A DNA stretch of 64,000 bases from an uncultured Ruminococcus sp. (GCA_964430105.1 CAYSEF010000004.1:6091-70090), one strand, 5' to 3'; counted from the first letter of the stretch, positions 16,578-26,286 are shown. Notes: generated from the letters alone by a model not told the origin. A program made the numbers and translations.

Positions 16578-17159
16578 GTGGCATATTGTTGTAATTGCGG
16601 TGTTGAAATTCCCGAAAGTGATCGAACAAGACTTTGCGACAGATGTAAAAAAATACTTCTGCCGTTTGTAAAATTTATGGATGCATCAACTTCATCGGGC
16701 GTGAAACGGCTTATTTCAAATGAACAGAATCTTCGCAATGCCGGAGTGACCGACAGTGGTATGGATTATCTTCTGAAGGTCTGTGAACTGCATGATAAAA
16801 AGAAAATGCAGGAGCGAAAAGAGCGTGAAGCTGCGAAAATGACTGCTGAATCAGAGCCGATTCAAAAAGAACAGCATATCGATACGAACGAAAATTACTC
16901 AGAAACCGAGCTTCCAATGGATGAACCGCTTGACTTCATTCGTGAATCCTATGGAGGATTTCTTCCTGCTGCACAAATTATTCTTATAATTGCAGGAGTC
17001 GCCTTTGGAGCATGGTGCGTGTATGAAATTGTTTTGCTAAAGGAATTTGATGTGGCTTCCCTTGCCGGTGGAATTGTATCGTTTGCATCTGCATATGTGG
17101 CAAATATTGCAAAAAAGATAGCACATGACATCAATGAGATTAAAAAACGATATAGATAA
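16578..17159 (+). CDS. Hypothetical zinc-ribbon protein with a C-terminal two-TM anchor
   Basis: The N-terminus has CCNCG-x13-CDRC. A charged coiled-coil-like middle follows, then TM segments IILIIAGVAFGAWCVYEIVLL and LAGGIVSFASAYVANI. The start codon is GTG. Confidence 0.5.
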   Translation: MAYCCNCGVEIPESDRTRLCDRCKKILLPFVKFMDASTSSGVKRLISNEQNLRNAGVTDSGMDYLLKVCELHDKKKMQERKEREAAKMTAESEPIQKEQHIDTNENYSETELPMDEPLDFIRESYGGFLPAAQIILIIAGVAFGAWCVYEIVLLKEFDVASLAGGIVSFASAYVANIAKKIAHDINEIKKRYR

Positions 17160-17293
17160 ATAAAAAAAGCGGTGTGTAATGCATCGCTTTCTTTGTTTAT
17201 ACAATAGAAATAAAAAGGTAATAAAAAAGACATAAATATCCCTTTTGAAAGTTTTGTTCAGTACACGTTTTATCGGGCTTTTTTACATTTTTC

Positions 17294-17322
17294 TTGTAAA
17301 TTGCGCATATATGGTGTATAAT
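17294..17322 (+). promoter_or_regulatory. Sigma-A type promoter for the CAT-family gene
   Basis: TTGTAA, 17-nt spacer, TATAAT. The leader is short, with no leader peptide. Confidence 0.5.
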
Positions 17323-17361
17323 ATAACCAAGTTTATTATTACATCATTACGGAGAAATATT

Positions 17362-18045
17362 ATGAGTGCATATGGCGAACACAGACTTATCGACAAGGAA
17401 ACATGGCATAGATACGAGCATTTTCGCCATTTTTATGATGAAGCACCATGCGTTATATCACTTTGCGATGACATTGATGTGACTGAACTCAAGAATGCTT
17501 GCCACGATACAGAAAATTCATTCTATTTGGCAATGCTTTATGCTGTGTCGTTCGTTGTCAATTCGCATGAAGAATTTCGTTTGACTGCTGTGGATTCACC
17601 GGAATTTCCTGTGGTTATGCCGGCACTTTGGGATGCAGTCAATCCCGTACACAACGTCTTTCACGAGGATACCGAAACATATACGAGTATTTTTACTCTT
17701 TGGGATAATGATTATGAAACATTTGTAAAGTACGCACGGGAAGATATCGCAAAAGCAAAAAATCTCCGTGTGATGAGTATTCCATGTGGTAATAATACAT
17801 TTGAAGCATCGTGTGTTCCGTGGAGACATTTTACGCAAGTAGGAGTGCAGATAGAAGCATTCGGATTGTCGCCCGTAATAGCGTGGGGTGGATTTAAGAC
17901 GGATGGTGAACGGATAAAAATGCCTTTGTCGATACAAATACATCATGCGGCAGCCGACGGATATCATCTTGCACGATTTTTGAATGAAGTTGAAGAAATA
18001 GCGACGAAGCTTGCGAAGGATATGATCGTGCATAAAAATCGCTGA
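17362..18045 (+). CDS. Chloramphenicol O-acetyltransferase family protein (type A CAT-like)
   Basis: 227 aa from the ATG at 17362. N-terminal IDKETWHRYEHFRHF and C-terminal catalytic motif IHHAAADGYHLARF (compare HHAVCDGxH) are present. The ORF-track start at 17245 adds a non-homologous extension. Confidence 0.75.
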   Translation: MSAYGEHRLIDKETWHRYEHFRHFYDEAPCVISLCDDIDVTELKNACHDTENSFYLAMLYAVSFVVNSHEEFRLTAVDSPEFPVVMPALWDAVNPVHNVFHEDTETYTSIFTLWDNDYETFVKYAREDIAKAKNLRVMSIPCGNNTFEASCVPWRHFTQVGVQIEAFGLSPVIAWGGFKTDGERIKMPLSIQIHHAAADGYHLARFLNEVEEIATKLAKDMIVHKNR

Positions 18046-18067
18046 AAATCAAACTAAGGAGCAAAAA

Positions 18068-18991
18068 ATGGCAGAAATAACCTATGATATAGCAATAATT
18101 GGCGGTGGCCCTGCGGGATATACATCAGCACTTTACGCAGGTAGAGCCGGATATAAAGCAGTAGTGTTTGAAAAAGCATCGCCCGGTGGCCAGATGGGTA
18201 TTACTTCATCTATTGAAAATTACCCCGGATACGAGGCTGTAGAGGGATTTGAGCTTGCTATGAAAATGCAGGCTCAGGCAGAAAAATTTGGTGCGAATAT
18301 CGTTTATGAAGCGGTAACATCACTTGAACTCGATGACAAAAATAAGATAGTTCGCACAGATTCCACTGAATTTGCTGTGAAAGCTGTTGTTTTGGCAATG
18401 GGAGCGAAACCCAGACTTCTCGGTGTGCAAGGCGAGCGTGAATATAGTGGACGTGGTGTTTCTTATTGTGCCACATGCGATGGAATGTTCTTCCGTGGTA
18501 AAACAGTGGTTGTAAACGGAGGCGGTGACACTGCGTTTGAGGATGCGCTGTATTTGTCAAATATATGCTCTAAGGTGATTTTAGTGCATCGCAGAGATTC
18601 CTATCGTGCAGCACCTTCACAGGTTAAGAAAGCCGAAGCAAGAGAGAATATCGAATTCATCAAGAATGCAAATATAAGTGAAGTAATTGGCGATGGCAAG
18701 TTCGTTACAGCAGTAAAATTGACTGATGTTAATACAGGAGCTGAAACTACAGTTGATTGTAGTGGAATTTTTGTTGCTGTAGGAAGAATTCCCGAGACAT
18801 CGCTTGTTCAGGGAAAGCTTGATCTTGACAACAGTGGGTATGTTGTTGCAGATGAAAGTACAAAGACATCTGTTGAAGGAGTTTTTGCGGCAGGAGACGT
18901 GCGTACAAAAGCACTCAGACAGATAGTGACAGCTTGTGCTGACGGTGCTATGGCGATACACTTTGCGGAAGAAATTTTAGACAGGATGTGA
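18068..18991 (+). CDS. trxB: Thioredoxin-disulfide reductase
   Basis: 307 aa with the FAD motif IIGGGPAGYTSA, the redox centre CATCDG, and the NADPH motif VVNGGGDTA. Confidence 0.92.
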   Translation: MAEITYDIAIIGGGPAGYTSALYAGRAGYKAVVFEKASPGGQMGITSSIENYPGYEAVEGFELAMKMQAQAEKFGANIVYEAVTSLELDDKNKIVRTDSTEFAVKAVVLAMGAKPRLLGVQGEREYSGRGVSYCATCDGMFFRGKTVVVNGGGDTAFEDALYLSNICSKVILVHRRDSYRAAPSQVKKAEARENIEFIKNANISEVIGDGKFVTAVKLTDVNTGAETTVDCSGIFVAVGRIPETSLVQGKLDLDNSGYVVADESTKTSVEGVFAAGDVRTKALRQIVTACADGAMAIHFAEEILDRM

Positions 18992-18995
18992 ATAT

Positions 18996-20903
18996 ATGAA
19001 ACACGGATTTATCAAACTTGCGGCGGCTGTCCCTGAAATAACAGTTGCATCACCAATTAAAAATGCAGAAGCTATATGTGCACTTATTGATAAAGCGTAT
19101 GAGGCGGGTGTAGCAGTCTTGACCTTCCCTGAGCTTTCGGTGACAGGTTATACTTGTGGTGATCTTTTCTTTACAGATTCGCTGAACAAAAACACGATTT
19201 CAGCACTTGATATAATTAAAAACCATACTCTCGGAAAGAAAATGCTGACATTTGTTGGCGCTCCGATAAGATATAACGGAAAGCTGTATAATTGTGCAGT
19301 TGCGATGTCTGACGGTGAAATTCTTGCGGTTGTGCCAAAAACAAACATTCCAAACTATGCTGAATTTTATGAAGTGCGCTGGTTCACTCCGTTTGATAAA
19401 AAGGATGTGTTTACGCTTGAGCTTTGCGGTGATACTGTGATGATATCGGATATCGCATTGTTTGAATGCTCGGAAATGCCGGAGTTGAAGGTTGGATGCG
19501 AGATTTGCGAGGATTTGTGGGTAGCAGATTCACCGTCAAATAAGCTTGCCGAAATGGGTGCAAATGTCATTGTGAATTTGTCTGCCTCTAATGAGGTTGT
19601 CGGTAAGGATGAATACAGACGAAATTTATTGAAGGTTGCGTCAGGTAAGCTGGTTTCAGCTTATGTTTACGCTGATGCAGGTATGGATGAATCCACAACT
19701 GACACAGTTTTCTCAGGACATTCGATGATTGCATATAACGGTGCAATAATTGCGGAAAATCCTCCGTTTGGCGGAAATGATTTAATAACAGCAGTAGTTG
19801 ATATTCAGCATCTCGAACATGACAGAATGAGAATGAACACATTTACAAGAAAAAATGATGAGGGAACTGTTTGTTATTTCTCACTGGATGAGCGTGAAAC
19901 TGATATTTCCGGAATAATTGAACCAAGACCGTTTATTCCAAGTGGCGATTCGGACAAAAAAGCAGTTTGCGGACGAATTCTCGATATTCAGGCGTATGGC
20001 TTGGCGAAGCGTATTAAAGCTGCTCATGCAAAGGGATGTGTTGTTGCATTATCCGGAGGACTTGACTCAACTCTTGCGCTTATCGTAACTGTTCGTGCGA
20101 TGGATATATTAAAGCGAGATCACAGTGAAATTACAACGGTAACAATGCCGTGCTTTGGAACGACTAATCGTACAAGATCTAATGCGGAATCACTGGCTCT
20201 GGCGTTTGGAACGTCTTTTAGATGTATAGATATAAAAGAAGCGGTTGATATTCACTTTAGAGATATCGGCCATGACCCCGAAAATCTTTCTGTAGTCTAT
20301 GAAAATGCACAGGCAAGAGAACGTACACAGATTATCATGGATATTGCCAATGCTGACGGTTCTCTTGTTATCGGAACAGGAGATTTGTCTGAGCTTGCAC
20401 TTGGTTGGGCAACGTACAATGGCGACCATATGTCAAACTATGGCGTAAATGGTGGTATTCCAAAAACTCTTGTACGACATATTGTTGCATATTATGCTGA
20501 TATTTGTGACGCTGATGGAAAGCATGAGCTGGCTGAGGTGTTCCGTGATGTACTTGCTACTCCGGTGAGTCCGGAATTACTTCCAGCTAAGGATGGCGAA
20601 ATCGCACAGAAAACCGAGGATATCGTAGGCCCGTATGATTTGCATGATTTCTTCCTTTACCATTTTGTGCGCTGGGGAGAAAGTGCCGATAAGATTTTCA
20701 GAGAGGCTAAAGCTACGTTTGCAGGTGAATTTGACGATGAAACTATCAAAAAATGGCTAAATACTTTCATGCGCAGATTCTATATTCAGCAATTTAAGAG
20801 AAGTGCTTTGCCGGATGGTCCGAAGGTAGGTTCAGTTGCACTTTCACCGAGAGGAGATTGGAGAATGCCCTCTGATGCAAGCGGTTGGGAAGAAATAAAA
20901 TAA
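18996..20903 (+). CDS. nadE: Glutamine-dependent NAD(+) synthetase
   Basis: 635 aa with an N-terminal CN-hydrolase domain (FPELSVTGYTCGDLF, EICEDLW) and a C-terminal synthetase with the SGGLDS P-loop. Confidence 0.9.
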   Translation: MKHGFIKLAAAVPEITVASPIKNAEAICALIDKAYEAGVAVLTFPELSVTGYTCGDLFFTDSLNKNTISALDIIKNHTLGKKMLTFVGAPIRYNGKLYNCAVAMSDGEILAVVPKTNIPNYAEFYEVRWFTPFDKKDVFTLELCGDTVMISDIALFECSEMPELKVGCEICEDLWVADSPSNKLAEMGANVIVNLSASNEVVGKDEYRRNLLKVASGKLVSAYVYADAGMDESTTDTVFSGHSMIAYNGAIIAENPPFGGNDLITAVVDIQHLEHDRMRMNTFTRKNDEGTVCYFSLDERETDISGIIEPRPFIPSGDSDKKAVCGRILDIQAYGLAKRIKAAHAKGCVVALSGGLDSTLALIVTVRAMDILKRDHSEITTVTMPCFGTTNRTRSNAESLALAFGTSFRCIDIKEAVDIHFRDIGHDPENLSVVYENAQARERTQIIMDIANADGSLVIGTGDLSELALGWATYNGDHMSNYGVNGGIPKTLVRHIVAYYADICDADGKHELAEVFRDVLATPVSPELLPAKDGEIAQKTEDIVGPYDLHDFFLYHFVRWGESADKIFREAKATFAGEFDDETIKKWLNTFMRRFYIQQFKRSALPDGPKVGSVALSPRGDWRMPSDASGWEEIK

Positions 20904-20930
20904 ACAATAAATACATTATAGGAGAATCAC

Positions 20931-21620
20931 ATGAAACTGGGAATTATTGCCGCTATGAATAAAGAAGCGGAACTTATATTTGCTGCTATGACCGAAGTAA
21001 AAAAAGAGGTGTGTGGCAGTATCGAATTTATGATAGGTAAAATCGGTGCTACCGATGTAATTTGTGCTGTATGCGGAATTGGCAAGGTTTTTGCCGCAAT
21101 GTGTGCACAAACAATGATCGTAAAGTATGCGCCGGATGCTGTTATCAATACAGGAGTTGGCGGAACTCTCACACATAAGCTCACTATTGGTGATGTAGCG
21201 ATATCTACAGATGTAGTTCAGCATGATATGGATACATCCGCACTTGGTGACCCAATCGGACTAATTTCCGGTATAAATGTCGTACATATCGATGCTGACG
21301 AAAAGCTTCGCGAAGCTGTGCAGAAAATTGCCAATGAAGCAGGAATGAATACAGTCTGCGGAACTATCGCATCAGGAGATAAATTTGTTGCAGATGCGAA
21401 GTTAAAGGAATATATAACTGAAAATTTCGGTGGAATAGCGTGTGAAATGGAGGGCGCAGCTGTAGGTCAGGTATGCTATGTCAATAAAACACCGTTCCTC
21501 GTTATCCGTGCAATTTCAGACGATGCAGACGGAGGAGCTTGCGATGATTATCCTGCATTCGCAAAGAAATCAGCAGAAAACTCAGCGATGATTGTAATTA
21601 AATTAGCAGAAACTTTGTAA
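20931..21620 (+). CDS. mtnN: 5'-methylthioadenosine/S-adenosylhomocysteine nucleosidase
   Basis: 229 aa with motifs MKLGIIAAMNKEAE, GIGKV, CEMEGAAVGQVC and VIRAISD. Confidence 0.88.
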   Translation: MKLGIIAAMNKEAELIFAAMTEVKKEVCGSIEFMIGKIGATDVICAVCGIGKVFAAMCAQTMIVKYAPDAVINTGVGGTLTHKLTIGDVAISTDVVQHDMDTSALGDPIGLISGINVVHIDADEKLREAVQKIANEAGMNTVCGTIASGDKFVADAKLKEYITENFGGIACEMEGAAVGQVCYVNKTPFLVIRAISDDADGGACDDYPAFAKKSAENSAMIVIKLAETL

Positions 21621-21677
21621 AAGCGTTGAAATCGTACCTAATACAAAATTCGTATCTACGGGAAAGGAATTGTTCAA

Positions 21678-23534
21678 ATGGAGAAATTCAAACTGTTCAC
21701 AACATCAGAGCTGAAACCGTCTGGTTGGCTAAAACGCCAGCTTGAAATTCAAGCGGATGGTCTGTCAGGAAATCTCGATAAGATATGGCCCGACATCCGT
21801 GATAGCAAATGGATAGGTGGAAACTGCGAGGGCTGGGAGAGAGTACCATATTGGCTCGATGGCTTTATTCCGATGGCGTATATGCTTGAAGATGATGACA
21901 AGATTACACGCGCCAAGAAATACATAGATGCTATAATCGCAGGTCAAAAGGAAGATGGTTGGCTTTGCCCTTGTACAGATGAAGAACGTCCGGGCTATGA
22001 TATGTGGGCATTGTTTCTCATCGATAAGGTGCTAATGCTTTATTACGATTGTTCAGGTGACGAAAGAATTCCCGATATCGTATATAAGAGCCTTAAAAAT
22101 CTCGATGAACATATTAAAAAATATCCAATATTCTCTTGGGCGCACTCAAGATGGTTTGAATGTTTGATTCCGATATTCCGTATTTATGACATATATAAGG
22201 AAGATTGGCTACTTGAGCTTGCACGACTTCTGCGTAAACAGGGTATGAATTATGAAGAAATATATTCTGATTGGAAGTATAAGCTTCCCGAAGATAAGTG
22301 GCAGTGGGAATCACACGTCGTAAATCAGGCTATGGCAATCAAGGAAGGCGGTCTTGCATCTCTGCTTGATTGCGACGAAGCTGACGATTCATTCTCTGAG
22401 TTTATGCTTGAACAGCTATTTACATATCATGGTACAGCTGTTGGACATTTTACAGGAGACGAGTGTTTGTCAGGTCTTGAGCCTATTCACGGAACAGAAT
22501 TGTGCGGTGTAACCGAAGCGATGTATTCGTATGAGGTTTTGTATTCGCTCACAGGAAATCCGATTTGGGTAGATCGTCTTGAAAAGCTTGCTTATAATGC
22601 TTTGCCTGCAACGATAACTCCCGATATGTGGGCACATCAGTATGACCAAATGACAAATCAGATCGCTTGCGTGAGATTTGACGAAAATAAAAAAATATTC
22701 CGCACGAATAATCATGAATCGCATCTCTACGGACTTGAACCGAATTATGGTTGCTGTACTGCTAACTTTAACCAGGGATGGCCGAAATTCGCCGGTTCTG
22801 TTTTCATGAAGTCAAATGATGGTGTTGTTGTTGCGGCAATCGCACCGTCTGTATTGAATACTGAAATTGGTGGAGCAAATATAAAAATCGAATCAGATAC
22901 TTTATATCCGTTCGGTGACAGAGTTAATTATATAGTTACAGCTGAAAAAGAAACCGAATTTGCACTTACCTTGCGTATTCCGTCATGTGTAAAATCTGCT
23001 GCTATTGATGGCGAAGAAGTTGAAGCAGGTACTCTCGTTACGATAAAACGCAAATGGAGCGGTACTTCGATAATTACAGTGAAATTTGTGTACGAAACAA
23101 AATTTATCGAGCGTCCTACAGGTCTGTTCTCACTTGAACGTGGCCCACTTGTTTATGCTTTGCAGATAGGCGAGGAATGGACAAAATATGAATACGAGAG
23201 AGATGGAGTCGTTCGTAAATTCCCATATTGCGATTATGAGGTTCGTCCGACTACAGAATGGCAGTATGCTGTAGAAGGCAATGCTGATGAAATAGTTGTG
23301 AACGAAACAGGCGTTGTAGGAGAATTGCCTTTCGCACCTGAGAGTGCACCGATAACGCTTGATGTACCCGTTTATCGTATCAACTGGGGCTATGAGCCGG
23401 GATATAAAATGCTTGCCGGCAGACGTCCGCTGTCAAAAATGCCAATTTCACCCAAGCATAACGTAAAGTTTATTCCATATGGATGCACAAATATCAGACT
23501 TACTGAGCTTCCAAAGGTTGAAATAACTGAATAA
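21678..23534 (+). CDS. Glycoside hydrolase, GH127/DUF1680-like (beta-L-arabinofuranosidase family)
   Basis: 618 aa. The N-terminus LKPSGWLKRQLEIQADGLSGNLDKIW and Cys-rich motifs (YGCCTANFNQGWPKF) are as in the DUF1680 family. No signal peptide is visible. Confidence 0.6.
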   Translation: MEKFKLFTTSELKPSGWLKRQLEIQADGLSGNLDKIWPDIRDSKWIGGNCEGWERVPYWLDGFIPMAYMLEDDDKITRAKKYIDAIIAGQKEDGWLCPCTDEERPGYDMWALFLIDKVLMLYYDCSGDERIPDIVYKSLKNLDEHIKKYPIFSWAHSRWFECLIPIFRIYDIYKEDWLLELARLLRKQGMNYEEIYSDWKYKLPEDKWQWESHVVNQAMAIKEGGLASLLDCDEADDSFSEFMLEQLFTYHGTAVGHFTGDECLSGLEPIHGTELCGVTEAMYSYEVLYSLTGNPIWVDRLEKLAYNALPATITPDMWAHQYDQMTNQIACVRFDENKKIFRTNNHESHLYGLEPNYGCCTANFNQGWPKFAGSVFMKSNDGVVVAAIAPSVLNTEIGGANIKIESDTLYPFGDRVNYIVTAEKETEFALTLRIPSCVKSAAIDGEEVEAGTLVTIKRKWSGTSIITVKFVYETKFIERPTGLFSLERGPLVYALQIGEEWTKYEYERDGVVRKFPYCDYEVRPTTEWQYAVEGNADEIVVNETGVVGELPFAPESAPITLDVPVYRINWGYEPGYKMLAGRRPLSKMPISPKHNVKFIPYGCTNIRLTELPKVEITE

Positions 23535-23586
23535 AAAAAGGACTGTAGCGTTTCGGGAATTTTCAAATGCTACAGTCCCATTTTTA
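23533..23586. terminator. Bidirectional terminator; member C of the conserved-loop hairpin family
   Basis: An A-run, stem ggactgtagcgt / atgctacagtcc with loop ttcgggaattttcaa, then a T-run. Confidence 0.75.
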
Positions 23587-23604
23587 TAACCGAAAAATAG
23601 CTGA

Positions 23605-24639
23605 TCAAACGCTTTCTTCGTGTGTTTTATCGATATTATCGCTTACAGAGGCAAGATTTTCCTCACAAAATTTCAATAGATCAGAAATCGGCACATCTTT
23701 TCCAAAATCAAAGTATATCTCGTGTCGCATATCGTGGTACATTGTGGTTTTTACGTTTGTAAATCCTATGTCCGTGAAGAATTTTGCGTCCCATAATATC
23801 GCTTTGTCACCACCTGCTATCGGATCAAATTCTCCTGCGGTAATGAGTATCGGAAGATTTGGACATTCCATATCCCAACTTGAAGGACGGTATGTATCAC
23901 GCACAAGCCGCAGCAGATTTTCGTATGCGTTCAAGGTCTTTTGATGATTGCATATAGGATCACTGGCGAAGCTTACACGATTATCGATATCATTTGAAAG
24001 CCATAGAAATTGCCCGTCAGAATCAGGTTCTTTGCGAAAATGACGGTTGTATCGATTGAATGCGTATTTGTTAAGTAGCTTTGGCTTCCAGTCCTCACCG
24101 CCAATCAATGACAGAATATTTAAGCCAAGAAGTCCGACTGATACAAAGATTTCTCTATGTGGAAGTCCGCTCAAAATAACGCCGGAAAGATTTTTTGCAC
24201 GTCTTGAGGTGTATATTGAAGCTATCAGCGCACCCATCGAAAAGCCCATAAGATAACGTGGCAGAGATAAAGCAGAGCTGATTTCAACATTGTCGAGAAG
24301 CTCAAAATTTTCAGGCTTACTTGCTATAGAGGCGTATACAATATCGATGTCATCGCATAAAATATTATAGCTGTAGCCAAAATCGCCAAAATATCCAAGC
24401 TCTTCACGAGATTTCACAGTGTTTCCATGTCCACGAAGATCGTGAATCAGTGCAATTCCACCGAAGCTTGTGATTTTTTCAAGTAAATTGAGATATCTTT
24501 CCTTGCGCTCCGATATTCCGTGAATGATTTGAATGACAAATTTTGGTTCAGTTTCGGGGCGAGCGCAAAGAACAGACAGTGCGACGGGTTCACTTTTGGG
24601 AGAGCTTTGTCTTTTAATAAAATATTCGTGTAAAATCAT
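23605..24639 (-). CDS. Alpha/beta hydrolase (lysophospholipase / monoacylglycerol lipase-like)
   Basis: 344 aa with oxyanion motif IIHGISERKERY, nucleophile elbow GFSMGA, and a C-terminal DMRHE. Confidence 0.7.
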   Translation of the reverse strand: MILHEYFIKRQSSPKSEPVALSVLCARPETEPKFVIQIIHGISERKERYLNLLEKITSFGGIALIHDLRGHGNTVKSREELGYFGDFGYSYNILCDDIDIVYASIASKPENFELLDNVEISSALSLPRYLMGFSMGALIASIYTSRRAKNLSGVILSGLPHREIFVSVGLLGLNILSLIGGEDWKPKLLNKYAFNRYNRHFRKEPDSDGQFLWLSNDIDNRVSFASDPICNHQKTLNAYENLLRLVRDTYRPSSWDMECPNLPILITAGEFDPIAGGDKAILWDAKFFTDIGFTNVKTTMYHDMRHEIYFDFGKDVPISDLLKFCEENLASVSDNIDKTHEESV

Positions 24640-24805
24640 GCTGGATTTCCTTATATTAACATTTTTGATTGAGAGTATCTACGTTCATCACACCTTCATG
24701 ATACCACAAAATACCTTGATTTGCAAGCATAACCGATCATTTGAGCGTGTTTACAGATTTTTAAGCAAACGTCAAAAAAATGTATTGAAATAAGTTTGGA
24801 ATATC

Positions 24806-24834
24806 TTGACATTGCAGAATTTGTGGTGTATAAT
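24806..24834 (+). promoter_or_regulatory. Consensus sigma-A promoter for the secreted Ig-like protein gene
   Basis: TTGACA, 17-nt spacer, TATAAT (perfect hexamers). Confidence 0.65.
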
Positions 24835-24875
24835 GACGATGTATAAGAGTATTTATCCAAAAAGGGAGGCTGAAT

Positions 24876-26222
24876 ATGAAAGCTAATTTGAAGAAGATTT
24901 CTGTTCTTCTTGCGGCTCTTACAGTTGCGTCTGCTATGACAACAGCTGTTTCCGCAGGTGGCATTGCTATTTTTAAGGATGATAGAGGAAATAGTGCTAA
25001 GGGTATTTGCGCTGTTTGCGGTTCTGTTATAGACAAGTGCGAAGACACTGAAAAGGCTGAAAAAACACCGGCTGAAAAGAAGGTTTTCGCAACAAGCAAG
25101 ACAAACGGAAATGTTTCCGAGTTTATTTGGAACGACGGAAGCACAAAAATCGTTTCCTCTGCTGAAGCTAACAGAAAGCCTGAGATTAATAAGAAACCCG
25201 ATTTTAAGAAGCCTGTAAACCAATATCATGGATATGATATTATTGGCGGTAAGTATTATACTACAGAAAATGTTAAGAAAGAGCTTGCAAAATATTTCGA
25301 TGAGAATTCTTATGATCTTTATTTCCAAAAGGGAAATGAAAGAACCTTCTGCAATGGTGCTTACTACTATTCAACTGACACAGATGTAGTATACTATAAT
25401 TATAAGACCGGAAAGCTTGTTGCAAATTCGGTTGGCTCCGCTGAGGTTTATGTATACACAACCGGCGGTATTCCGTTCTTCCGTATCGATGTAACCGTTG
25501 ACAATAAGATATATGCGAAGAATAAGCCTGTACTCGAAGTTATCCCCGAGGACTGGAATCTTTCAGTTGGAGATAAGACTACATTCAAGGTTACAGCTTC
25601 CGATGGAAAGACTTACGATGATATCGTGCTGACTATCAAGGAAGGCGCAGATAATGCAAAGCTCGGTGCACAGTCCGGAATTCTCACAGCTGAGGCAAAC
25701 GGCCCTGTTGTAGTTCAGGCATACAGTAAGTCAAACAGCGATATTTACGGTGATGCTCTCATTTATATCGGAAACTATACCGGTGCTGTTACAGATGGCG
25801 GATGGAAAATTTTTGATGGTGGTATCAAGGTTGATAGTTGGAAATACGATATTTTCGATTATGAACGTCCGTGTCATGTAAATGGCTGGATAAAGGATGC
25901 AGAAGGAATTTTCGTTCCTGTTATAAAGTTTGAAGATGCAACTGTATATGATAAAAATGGTTCCTACGAAACAACTATAGTAACCGGTGGCTCAGTTTCT
26001 ATCGCTGATCTTCTCAAGGATGCGTATGGTGATAAGGATGCTGTTGCTGCAATCATTAAGAAGTACAATCTTAGCAAGTACGGTATCAAGACAGAAAAGG
26101 ATTGCTACAACTACATCGATTATCTTGACTATATTGTAAAGAAAAATGACTACAAGATTTACGCTGATATCGATATGAAGGATATCATTCTCGGACAGCT
26201 TATAAAGGATCTTATCGGTTAA
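24876..26222 (+). CDS. Secreted hypothetical protein with Ig-like (BIG2-type) repeats
   Basis: It has a signal peptide (MKANLKKISVLLAALTVASAMTTAVSA/GG). BIG2-like segments are present (VGSAEVYVYTTGG; LSVGDKTTFKVTASDG...GILTAEANGPVVVQAY). An AGGGAGG RBS precedes the start. Confidence 0.55.
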   Translation: MKANLKKISVLLAALTVASAMTTAVSAGGIAIFKDDRGNSAKGICAVCGSVIDKCEDTEKAEKTPAEKKVFATSKTNGNVSEFIWNDGSTKIVSSAEANRKPEINKKPDFKKPVNQYHGYDIIGGKYYTTENVKKELAKYFDENSYDLYFQKGNERTFCNGAYYYSTDTDVVYYNYKTGKLVANSVGSAEVYVYTTGGIPFFRIDVTVDNKIYAKNKPVLEVIPEDWNLSVGDKTTFKVTASDGKTYDDIVLTIKEGADNAKLGAQSGILTAEANGPVVVQAYSKSNSDIYGDALIYIGNYTGAVTDGGWKIFDGGIKVDSWKYDIFDYERPCHVNGWIKDAEGIFVPVIKFEDATVYDKNGSYETTIVTGGSVSIADLLKDAYGDKDAVAAIIKKYNLSKYGIKTEKDCYNYIDYLDYIVKKNDYKIYADIDMKDIILGQLIKDLIG

Positions 26223-26234
26223 TTTTTGGTTATT

Positions 26235-26286
26235 AAAAAGCGTATATCCGTTGATAAATGAAAATCACGGATATACGCTTTTTTTA
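26235..26286. terminator. Bidirectional terminator (secreted protein gene on +, coaD on -)
   Basis: A 12-bp stem, agcgtatatccg / cggatatacgct, flanked by an A-run and a T-run. Confidence 0.75.

Noticed and set aside
24696-25328. A 210-aa minus-strand ORF, plus a second one at 24761-25144.
   Set aside because: They span the consensus promoter and the 5' part of the secreted-protein gene. They have no RBS and an implausible hydrophobic, low-complexity product.
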